Source of the DNA: a virus
Taxonomy: Duplodnaviria; Caudoviricetes
Reading direction: 5' to 3' (one strand)
Virus record (IMG/VR): IMGVR_UViG_3300020577_011395
Span: 65,046 to 129,045 of that record
DNA length: 64,000 nt
The translations under genes and the position numbers were made by a program. Of the stretch, positions 40,963-48,780 are shown piece after piece (the first letter of the stretch is position 1; each line of letters opens with the position of its first letter). Below the pieces are notes generated by a model that was given only the letters and a program-made list of their open reading frames with translations, searched no databases and was not told where the DNA came from.

Positions 40963-42021
40963 ATGAATAGTACAAAAAATATATCTCCAAGCACGATAGA
41001 GACAATTGATTCTGCATTTTTAGAATATGTAGAAAATATGAATGTTTTTTGTACTACTATAAATGGGTGGGAAAAAATACCCGTGATATGGGCCTCAGCA
41101 GAGCGTTCGTACCAGATAAAAAACAATAAAGAAATTAGAGATTCGAACGGCTCTTTAATAGCGCCAATAATATCAATAGAAAGAACTTCAACGTCTAAAG
41201 ACGTAAATAAAAAAGGAGGGTTTTACTCTAACGTTTCTCCCAAAAACGATAGATACGTGTTGTCACAAGAATTAAATCAAGACAAAACATCTAATTTTGC
41301 GAATGCAGACTCTTTAAAAAAAGTAAAACAAGTCAACTTTATAACATCTAAATCTAATAAAAAACAAGTTTACAAATATATCTCAATACCAATCCCAATA
41401 TATGTTACTGTTGAATACAAAATACACATATTTACAAACTATCAAAGCCAAATAAATGAAGCGGTACAGCCATTTATGGCTAGAACTGCTCAAAATTATT
41501 TTGTTATCTCAAAAGATGGGCACAGATATGAATGTTTTATGGATCAACAATTCCAACAAGATAGTATTTCAAATCTTGGTTTAGAAGAAAGAAAATATAA
41601 AACAGTTATTACAGTCAAAGTTCTTGGATATCTAATAGGTGAAGGCAATAACCAAGAAAAACCACAAACAATTGAACAAGAAAACGCGGTAGAGATTAAA
41701 CTACCCAGAGAAAATGTTTCTCTTATACAAGAAGAACCACAAAAACAAAGAGAAGCCCCATCATTAATAAGAAATGGTGGCATACAAACTGCAGTAACGA
41801 TACCTGTTAAAAAAGTGTTTACTGTTGGCAATGGAACAGACTCTACTTATATAATAACACACAACTTAAATTCTAGAGATCTATTTATAAGCGTTAGAGA
41901 AACACTTTCACCGTATTCTTCAATTATAACTTCTATAGTGCTTGATGACTTGAATACAGTTACGTTAGACTTTGGAACGGTTATAGCAACAAATGCTTAT
42001 ACTGTAGTGATATTAGGTTAA
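40963..42021 (+). CDS. Tail terminator/sheath stabiliser (T4 gp15-like) with an appended THNL domain
   Basis: IPVIWASAER, PIISIERT, P.YVTVEY.I.I.T.Y..Q.N, VKVLGYL; extra C-terminal GNG....IITHNLN domain. Confidence 0.62.
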   Translation: MNSTKNISPSTIETIDSAFLEYVENMNVFCTTINGWEKIPVIWASAERSYQIKNNKEIRDSNGSLIAPIISIERTSTSKDVNKKGGFYSNVSPKNDRYVLSQELNQDKTSNFANADSLKKVKQVNFITSKSNKKQVYKYISIPIPIYVTVEYKIHIFTNYQSQINEAVQPFMARTAQNYFVISKDGHRYECFMDQQFQQDSISNLGLEERKYKTVITVKVLGYLIGEGNNQEKPQTIEQENAVEIKLPRENVSLIQEEPQKQREAPSLIRNGGIQTAVTIPVKKVFTVGNGTDSTYIITHNLNSRDLFISVRETLSPYSSIITSIVLDDLNTVTLDFGTVIATNAYTVVILG

Positions 42022-42022
42022 T

Positions 42023-44464
42023 ATGCAAAGTAAAATAATAGCAGATTTAGTAGTCACTGGCTCTATTAATAGCACTGATTTTATTAGTGGTGCGCTTTTT
42101 TATGGGGATGGGTCTGGGCTTTATAACCTCAATGTTAGTGGAAGCGGTGTAACTTCTAACGAGGTTACCGGAGCTATATCGGGGGCATTATTATCTTACG
42201 TTACAACAGCAGAAGTATCAAGCAGCTTCGTCACACCAGGGCAAGTAACTTCTTCTTATCCTACTAGAACAGAAGTAAGTGGTACGTTACTAGGGTATTC
42301 AGCTCTTTCGGAGCTAAGTCGTTCTTTCGTTGACAATACAGAATTAACTGCTTCTATCGCAAATATTCCGGTTAGATTAGAGGTTTCGGGAGCTGTTACA
42401 GGCGCTTTATTGCCTTATGCCACACTAACTGGAATATCAGGCACTTTTGCAGCTAGAACAGAAGTAAGCGGTGTATTACTTTCATACGCAATTATTTCAG
42501 AGTTAAGTAGATCATTTATTGATAATAATGAGTTAACTTCATCTATTTCTGGATTTCCAACTAGATTAGAAGTGTCTGGAGCATTAACTGGTGCTATATC
42601 CGCGTATGCAACGCTGACTGGCGTTTCTGGCACATTTGCTACATTGGCGACTTTGACAAGTTCATACACAACTTTGTCAGAACTAAGTAGGTCATTTGTT
42701 GACAACACAGAACTAACTTCTGCCATAACTAATTTTCCAGTTCGTTTAGAGGTTTCTGGAGCTGTCACTGGAGCTTTAACTCCTTTTGCTACATTAACTG
42801 GTGTGTCTGGAACATTTGCTACGACAGCAACTTTAACTAGTTCTTACCCGACAAGACAAGAAGTTACTGCAGCATTAACGCCATACGCTACCCTAACAGG
42901 AGTTTCGGGAACTTTTGCTACACTAGCAACACTAACATCATCTTATGCTAGATTAAGTGAAGTAAGCCGCTCTTTTGTTGATAATGCTGAATTAACTTCT
43001 GCTATATCTAATTTTCCTGTCAGATTAGAAGTATCTGGTGCAATAAGTAATTCTTTATTGTCTTATGCGACTTTAAGTGGAATTTCCGCAAGCTTTGTAA
43101 CACCTTCACAAATAACATCTTCTTATCCAACAAGAACAGAGACATCTGGAGCTATTAGTTCTTCGTTAACAGCTTCAAATATTACAAATTTTACTTCTGA
43201 CGTTCGTAGACAGATTAGTGGTGTTGGTAGTATTAGCTACAATCCAAGTACAGGTATAATTTCTAGTAGTGCAACAGGTGGTGGGATTTCAGGTGCAGAA
43301 GTATCAGCATCATTTCCAACTAGAACTGAAGTAACTGGTGTTCTTCTACAATATGTTTCAATTTCAGAAGTTAGTAGGTCTTTTGTAGATAATGCAGAAT
43401 TAACTTCTTCAATTTCTAGTTTTCCAGCTAGATTGGAAGTTAGTGGAGCTATCACTAGTTCACTTCTAAATTACGCTACATTAACTGGCGTTTCCGGGAC
43501 GTTTGCTACATTAGCGACACTAACAAGTTCGTACGCTGTGCTAAGTGAGCTTAGTAGATCATTCATTGATAATATAGAACTTACTTCCGCCATATCCAAC
43601 TATCCTGTCAGATTAGAGGTTTCAGGAGCTATTACTGGCGCACTACTACCATATGCTACTTTAACAGGAGTATCTGGCACATTTGCTACTCTAGCAACGT
43701 TAACATCATCATATACTACTTTATCAGAATTAAGTAGGTCATTTGTTGACAACACAGAACTAACTTCTGCTATATCTAATTTTCCTGTTCGTTTAGAAAT
43801 ATCAGGCGCTTTAACACAATACGCAACTTTAAGTGGTGTTTCCGGGACATTTGCTACAATGGCAACTTTGACCGGTTCTTATCCAACAAGACAAGAAGTC
43901 ACAGGGGGCGTTAATCAAGTTTTACAATTTTATCCAACATTAGTACAAGTTTCAGCAAGTTTTATACCATGGGTTGCTCCTTCTACCAGTGGTAATGTTT
44001 TAACTAGCAATGGAATAAATTGGATTTCTGCTCCAAGCACTTCTGGTTCTGGAGGATCTGGAGATATAACAGCTGTTATAGCTGGCAATAATTTAATTGG
44101 CGGCTCAACTTCTGGTGATGCAACACTAGCTTTAACTTCTTCAATAACGGGCGGTTTAACAAATATAAGCGGGCTAACAACATTAACGTCTGTTTCTGGG
44201 TCTTTTATAGCATTAACTGGTTCTAATATAAGTGCTTCTATAGGTATAACCGGTTCTTTTAGCGGCAGTGGACTATTTATAAATGCGTTAACGGCTTCGA
44301 ATATAAATAACTTTACTTCCGATGTTCGCAAACAAATTAGTGGTATTGGAGCTATTAGTTACGATGCAAATACTGGTATAATTTCAGCTAGCGCTGGTTC
44401 GACTAGCGGTTCAAATGGCTTATCAGAGATTGAAGTAATGGCAAGAATAGTTTGGAGATTTTAA
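42023..44464 (+). CDS. Repeat-rich tail fibre-like protein
   Basis: Modular 10-17 aa repeats (ATLTGVSGTF, ATLATLTSSY, LSELSRSF, VDNxELTS, PxRLEVSGA); C-terminal GDITAV.AG..L.GG.TSGD motif. Confidence 0.72.
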   Translation: MQSKIIADLVVTGSINSTDFISGALFYGDGSGLYNLNVSGSGVTSNEVTGAISGALLSYVTTAEVSSSFVTPGQVTSSYPTRTEVSGTLLGYSALSELSRSFVDNTELTASIANIPVRLEVSGAVTGALLPYATLTGISGTFAARTEVSGVLLSYAIISELSRSFIDNNELTSSISGFPTRLEVSGALTGAISAYATLTGVSGTFATLATLTSSYTTLSELSRSFVDNTELTSAITNFPVRLEVSGAVTGALTPFATLTGVSGTFATTATLTSSYPTRQEVTAALTPYATLTGVSGTFATLATLTSSYARLSEVSRSFVDNAELTSAISNFPVRLEVSGAISNSLLSYATLSGISASFVTPSQITSSYPTRTETSGAISSSLTASNITNFTSDVRRQISGVGSISYNPSTGIISSSATGGGISGAEVSASFPTRTEVTGVLLQYVSISEVSRSFVDNAELTSSISSFPARLEVSGAITSSLLNYATLTGVSGTFATLATLTSSYAVLSELSRSFIDNIELTSAISNYPVRLEVSGAITGALLPYATLTGVSGTFATLATLTSSYTTLSELSRSFVDNTELTSAISNFPVRLEISGALTQYATLSGVSGTFATMATLTGSYPTRQEVTGGVNQVLQFYPTLVQVSASFIPWVAPSTSGNVLTSNGINWISAPSTSGSGGSGDITAVIAGNNLIGGSTSGDATLALTSSITGGLTNISGLTTLTSVSGSFIALTGSNISASIGITGSFSGSGLFINALTASNINNFTSDVRKQISGIGAISYDANTGIISASAGSTSGSNGLSEIEVMARIVWRF
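42260..43910 (+). repeat. Intragenic modular repeat array
   Basis: About seven copies of SRSF(V/I)DNxELT; 40-bp exact match between 42684-42723 and 43731-43770. Confidence 0.9.
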
Positions 44465-44468
44465 ACAA

Positions 44469-45659
44469 ATGATAATTTCTGGTTCTGCACAAGTAGTTAA
44501 ACTTACTACAACTAGTGCTGCTGTTGTGGATTATAATATAGAGTATGTTGATTATACTCCTAACAGCACATTTTTTCCAAATACGGAATTTGGTAGAATA
44601 ACGAGCGCAGCAACCACACTGATTTTAACTGGGTCAACTGGTTTAAGGAAAGTTAGATCTGTTTCTGTTGTAAACACTAGTACAACTGCTAGCCAAACCG
44701 TAACATTTTTAAGAGAAAACGCTGGATCTCAATATAATTTGTTATCTCCAGTGGTTTTAAGGCCATTAGAAAGTCTTGTAATAGACCAAAACGATACATT
44801 ATCTATTTTAGATTCATCAGGTAGAACAAAAACTAAAAAAGAATTTGATATGGCTATTAGTGGTACAACTTATAATTTTAGAAAACAAGGATCTGGTGCT
44901 GAAATTGTTGGTTCTGGATCTACATATTTTGCATCTGCTGGATATCCTGGCGCATGGTTTCCAGGAACACCTGGATTAGCGGGTAGAGCTTGTTCAGGTT
45001 CAAGTCCATTAGATTCTGGTAGTATCCAAATACCTAATTATGCTGGACAATACTTACAAAGTTTTACAGCTGCATCAACAGTTTTAAACCCATTTGAGGT
45101 TATTGATGTACTATGGACAAATTCTGGTATTGTTCATACTACAACAACTTTACAAACAATTTCTTCAAGTACCTTTCCTGCAAGAGATTTATATGGTTCT
45201 AATAGTGGCTATGGATTGCAAGTAGGTCTTTTAATTACTACTGCTACAACAAATGCTACTGCTAATACGACAGCAGTTTTACAATATACAAATCAAGATG
45301 GTGTACCGAATAGATGGGCTTCTGTTTCTTCATCAAACTCACTTTCATTTATACCTGCAACAGCCGTAGCGGGGTTCATGGTTCCTTTTAATTTACAAAC
45401 TGGGGACGAAGGCATCAGATCAATACAGGGGATTACACTTGGAACGTCTTTAGTCGCGGGTACTTCTTCTTTGGTTGTATATAAACCATTACTTAGTGTT
45501 GGATGCTCAGTTATTAATACGGCGTTTACAACAAAAGTTGAACCTCCGGGAATAAAACTCTGGGGCAATGAAGTGTTGTTGATCTGGAGTCCAGTAGTAA
45601 CTGTAACTAACGCAACAACTGTTTATGGAAATTTAATTATAAATACATATTCTTCTTAA
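44469..45659 (+). CDS. Tail fibre-associated protein, paralog A (396 aa)
   Basis: Colinear with the downstream gene (YFA..GYPG.W.PGTPG, NRWASVSSSNSLSFIPAT, TTKVEPPGIKLWG). Confidence 0.65.
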   Translation: MIISGSAQVVKLTTTSAAVVDYNIEYVDYTPNSTFFPNTEFGRITSAATTLILTGSTGLRKVRSVSVVNTSTTASQTVTFLRENAGSQYNLLSPVVLRPLESLVIDQNDTLSILDSSGRTKTKKEFDMAISGTTYNFRKQGSGAEIVGSGSTYFASAGYPGAWFPGTPGLAGRACSGSSPLDSGSIQIPNYAGQYLQSFTAASTVLNPFEVIDVLWTNSGIVHTTTTLQTISSSTFPARDLYGSNSGYGLQVGLLITTATTNATANTTAVLQYTNQDGVPNRWASVSSSNSLSFIPATAVAGFMVPFNLQTGDEGIRSIQGITLGTSLVAGTSSLVVYKPLLSVGCSVINTAFTTKVEPPGIKLWGNEVLLIWSPVVTVTNATTVYGNLIINTYSS

Positions 45660-45673
45660 AGCAGAGGCCATCA

Positions 45674-46864
45674 GTGATATTATCAGGTGCTTGTTCATTA
45701 CAATTAACAACTACAAAAACTTCTATTATTGATTATAATGTGGAATACGTAGACTATTCTCCAGGTTCTTCTTTCACGCCAAATTGTACATTTGGCCAGC
45801 TTAATACTGCTGGTACAACAACAATTTTATCTTCTTCTAATGCTAATTTTTTAAGAAAAATTAAAGGGTTCTCGATAATCAATTCAGACCTCTCTGCAAG
45901 CCAAAATATAACACTTACAAAACAAGTAGGCGGAACAGAATACAAAATATTAAATTCTGTTTCTTTAAAATCATTAGAATCCATATATTGTGACCAAAAC
46001 GATAATATAACAATTTTAGATAAGTCTGGTCTATCTAAAATTAATAAAGAACTAAATTGTTCAGTTAGCTCATCAAATTATCAAATTAGAAAGGTTTTTC
46101 CAATCCAAGACTTTGCGAATTCAGGATCTGCTTATTTTGCTGCGTCTGGTTATCCTGGGCCATGGCTACCAGGCACACCTGGAATTAGCGGAAGAAACTG
46201 TTACGGCTCTAGTGTTTACGACACGGGAAGCATCAGAATACCTACAAATGGTAGCCAGTATATTAGTGCTTTTAGTGCCGTTTCAGCTGTTGCCAACTAC
46301 TATGAAATTATAGATGCTATATGGGTTAATACTGGTATTAGCGTTACAACTACAACATTACAAACAATTTCTTCAAGTCAGTTTCCACCAAGAGACCTAA
46401 ACGGAAGTTCTAATGGGAATGGTTATAAAATTGGTCTTTATGTCACAACTGCTACAACAAATGCGAATGGTATAACGAATACTGTTGTACAATATACAAA
46501 TGAACTAGGCACACCAAACAGATGGGCTTCTGTCTCTTCATCAAACTCACTTAGTTTTATCCCTGCAACTTCTCTTGCTGGCACTTTTATACCTTTTAAA
46601 CTTCAACAAGACGATTCAGGTGTACGCTCTATTGAAGGAATTTATCTTAATACTTCACTTGGAGGCGGCGCGGTATCATTAATGGTTTACAAGCCATTAA
46701 TTTCTGCTCAGTGTTCGTTAGCTTCTACTCTTTCTACAACAAAAGTTGAGCCACCAGGAATAAAACTTTGGGGTGATGAAGCATTGCTGATTTGGAGCCC
46801 AATAGTTACAGCCACTGCTATATCTACTGTATATGCAAATTTAATTGTGAATACTTATGTTTAA
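45674..46864 (+). CDS. Tail fibre-associated protein, paralog B (396 aa)
   Basis: Tandem paralog of 44469..45659; GTG start after GAGG. Confidence 0.65.
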   Translation: MILSGACSLQLTTTKTSIIDYNVEYVDYSPGSSFTPNCTFGQLNTAGTTTILSSSNANFLRKIKGFSIINSDLSASQNITLTKQVGGTEYKILNSVSLKSLESIYCDQNDNITILDKSGLSKINKELNCSVSSSNYQIRKVFPIQDFANSGSAYFAASGYPGPWLPGTPGISGRNCYGSSVYDTGSIRIPTNGSQYISAFSAVSAVANYYEIIDAIWVNTGISVTTTTLQTISSSQFPPRDLNGSSNGNGYKIGLYVTTATTNANGITNTVVQYTNELGTPNRWASVSSSNSLSFIPATSLAGTFIPFKLQQDDSGVRSIEGIYLNTSLGGGAVSLMVYKPLISAQCSLASTLSTTKVEPPGIKLWGDEALLIWSPIVTATAISTVYANLIVNTYV

Positions 46865-46879
46865 CATTTATTTAAAAAA

Positions 46880-46888
46880 TGTTACTAT
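46880..46888 (+). promoter_or_regulatory. Extended -10 sigma70-type promoter (TGnTACTAT), probably giving a leaderless ruvC mRNA
   Basis: TG at 46880-81, TACTAT at 46883-88, ATG at 46895, no SD; TTAACA at 46861-66. Confidence 0.45.
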
Positions 46889-46894
46889 CTTTAC

Positions 46895-47425
46895 ATGATA
46901 CTTGGACTCGATATAAGCACTAGTATAACAGGGTTTACTGTTCTAGACGAACGCGGAACAATACTTATTAATGAAGCTATAGACCTGCGTTCAAAAAAAA
47001 TTAAAACCTTCTTAGAAAAAGCTAAAATAGTTAAAAAAAAGCTAGAAGAAATAAAACATCTGTATAATATTACAGATGTTTTTATTGAACAATCCTTAAA
47101 TGCATTTAGACCGGGCTTATCAAGCGCTAATGTAATATTGACGCTTGGAAAATTCAATGGTATAGTTAGTTGGATTTGTTTTGAGACGTTCGGCAAAGAA
47201 CCAGAGTATATTGGCTCTGTAACAGCTAGAAAATCTGTAGGAATAACAGTTCCTAGAGGAGAAAATGCTAAAGAAATTGTTTTAAAACACGTCCTTGACA
47301 CGGAGCCTAGCTTTGTAGTACAGTATACGCCGAAAAACAATCCGGTTGCCGGGGTTTACGATCGTGCAGATTCCTTGGTAATTGCTAAATCGGGGTATCT
47401 AATATGTCAGAAACGAAAAAAATAG
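46895..47425 (+). CDS. ruvC: RuvC-like Holliday junction resolvase
   Basis: ILGLDIST..TG, FIEQ and DRADS acidic catalytic residues. Confidence 0.8.
   Translation: MILGLDISTSITGFTVLDERGTILINEAIDLRSKKIKTFLEKAKIVKKKLEEIKHLYNITDVFIEQSLNAFRPGLSSANVILTLGKFNGIVSWICFETFGKEPEYIGSVTARKSVGITVPRGENAKEIVLKHVLDTEPSFVVQYTPKNNPVAGVYDRADSLVIAKSGYLICQKRKK
47295..47324 (+). promoter_or_regulatory. Possible internal sigma70 promoter for primase
   Basis: TTGACA (47295-300), 18-bp spacer, TACAGT (47319-24), about 80 nt before the primase ATG. Confidence 0.3.
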
Positions 47426-48351
47426 AGATAATAAAAGAAATTCTTGGTTCTTCTTATAAAAGTGGTCATGAAGAAATATTTAAGTGCCCATTTTGTGACC
47501 ATCATAAGAAAAAATTTAGTGTAAATTTTGAAAAAAACGCTGCTAAGTGTTGGGTTTGCGGCTGGTCTACTCCAAATTTAACAAGAATTGTTAAAAGGCT
47601 TGGTAATTTTGAACAAATTAAGGTTTGGAATACACTAAATGGCGTTATTGAAATAACAGAATATGAAAAAATATTCGATTTTACTGAAAATTCGCAGTTC
47701 TTAAGTACAGAAGTACCACTACCAGAAGAATTTCAGAGCTTATGTAATAAAAACGACTCACTAGTTTGTATTAAACCTCTAAATTATCTGATCAGAGATA
47801 GAGGCCTATCAAAACAAGACATTTTGCATTGGAAAATTGGTTACGCTGCTTCTGGAGACTATGAAAACAGAATTATTGTACCTTCTTTTAACGAATCTGG
47901 TAAGGTAAACTATTTTGTTGCTAGAAGATATGATGGGAAGACCTTTTTAAAGTATAAAAATCCTAATATAAGTAAAGATTTAGTCTTCAATGAGCTATCA
48001 CTAGATTGGGATAGTGATGTTAACATTGTAGAGGGTATTTTTGATGCGATAAAAGCAAAAAATGCTATTCCAATCCTTGGTTCTACAATAAAAGAAGATT
48101 CTTTACTGTTTAAAAAGATTATAGAGAAGGATTCCGCCGTTTATATTGGTTTAGACCCAGATGCAGAAAAAAAAGCTAAGAAACTAATATTAGACTTACT
48201 AAAATATGATGCAGAAGTTTATAAAATACCTATAACTGGTAAAATTGATATTGGTGATATGACTCATGAAGAGTTTTTAGAACATAAAAAGTATGCGAAA
48301 CTAATTAAAGGACAAGATTATTTCTTAATGGATGAGTTACAGAGGATATAA
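47404..48351 (+). CDS. DNA primase (DnaG/T4 gp61-like)
   Basis: CPFC..CWVC zinc ribbon, NRIIVP, KYKNP, TOPRIM VEGIFDA, LDPDA, DIGDM. Confidence 0.88.
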   Translation: MSETKKIEIIKEILGSSYKSGHEEIFKCPFCDHHKKKFSVNFEKNAAKCWVCGWSTPNLTRIVKRLGNFEQIKVWNTLNGVIEITEYEKIFDFTENSQFLSTEVPLPEEFQSLCNKNDSLVCIKPLNYLIRDRGLSKQDILHWKIGYAASGDYENRIIVPSFNESGKVNYFVARRYDGKTFLKYKNPNISKDLVFNELSLDWDSDVNIVEGIFDAIKAKNAIPILGSTIKEDSLLFKKIIEKDSAVYIGLDPDAEKKAKKLILDLLKYDAEVYKIPITGKIDIGDMTHEEFLEHKKYAKLIKGQDYFLMDELQRI

Positions 48352-48352
48352 A

Positions 48353-48688
48353 ATGAAAGTTTTAAAAAAAGACTTAAAAAAGTTAATAGAACAAGAAATT
48401 AACAAACAACTAGATGTAGAAGAACAAAAAAGAAAAGTTATCAATGCATTTGTTCATTTTATAGAGTCAAAAGACTCGCATTCGTTCCAGCAAGAGTTGT
48501 CAACAGCAGGTATTGACTCTACTAGCGCAATAAATTTCTTAAATCCAGAAGAAGTTGATAAAGATTTTTTTCTAAACGCGGTAGAAGCACACAATTTAGC
48601 AGTTAGAGAATTAGGCAGTGGTGAAGAGAGACCAGTTGAAGCATTTACAGACTTCCCTGAATTTACGGACAAGTCAGACCTTAGGTAA
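48353..48688 (+). CDS. Hypothetical (possibly head-internal) protein with an MKxxKxxLxxLIxxE N-terminus
   Basis: GAGGAT RBS, ATG 48353; late-promoter-like motif at 48300. Confidence 0.6.
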   Translation: MKVLKKDLKKLIEQEINKQLDVEEQKRKVINAFVHFIESKDSHSFQQELSTAGIDSTSAINFLNPEEVDKDFFLNAVEAHNLAVRELGSGEERPVEAFTDFPEFTDKSDLR

Positions 48689-48709
48689 AATTAAAAAAAT
48701 TATACTTTC

Positions 48710-48738
48710 TAGACATTTTATTTATGTTAGTCTATACT
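48710..48738 (+). promoter_or_regulatory. Sigma70-type promoter for the sbcDC fusion
   Basis: TAGACA (48710-15), 17-bp spacer, TATACT (48733-38). Confidence 0.6.
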
Positions 48739-48767
48739 AGACCTGTCAAATTCTTGACAGGTCTTTT
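48739..48767 (+). terminator. Perfect 11-bp inverted repeat followed by Ts (intrinsic terminator or operator)
   Basis: AGACCTGTCAA-ATTC-TTGACAGGTCT then TTT. Confidence 0.6.
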
Positions 48768-48780
48768 CATTGGAGAAATA

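Noticed and set aside
42260-43910. Repeats as a CRISPR array
   Set aside because: The repeats are in-frame, degenerate at codon third positions and have no unique spacers; they are protein repeats.
44469-46864. Paralog pair as a diversity-generating retroelement TR/VR
   Set aside because: Mismatches are not adenine-specific, both copies are full genes, and there is no reverse transcriptase in the window.
46895-47425. RuvC protein as a TnpB/Cas12-like effector
   Set aside because: At 176 aa it has no zinc finger or REC/WED region and no adjacent array or ncRNA space; its position beside primase fits a resolvase.
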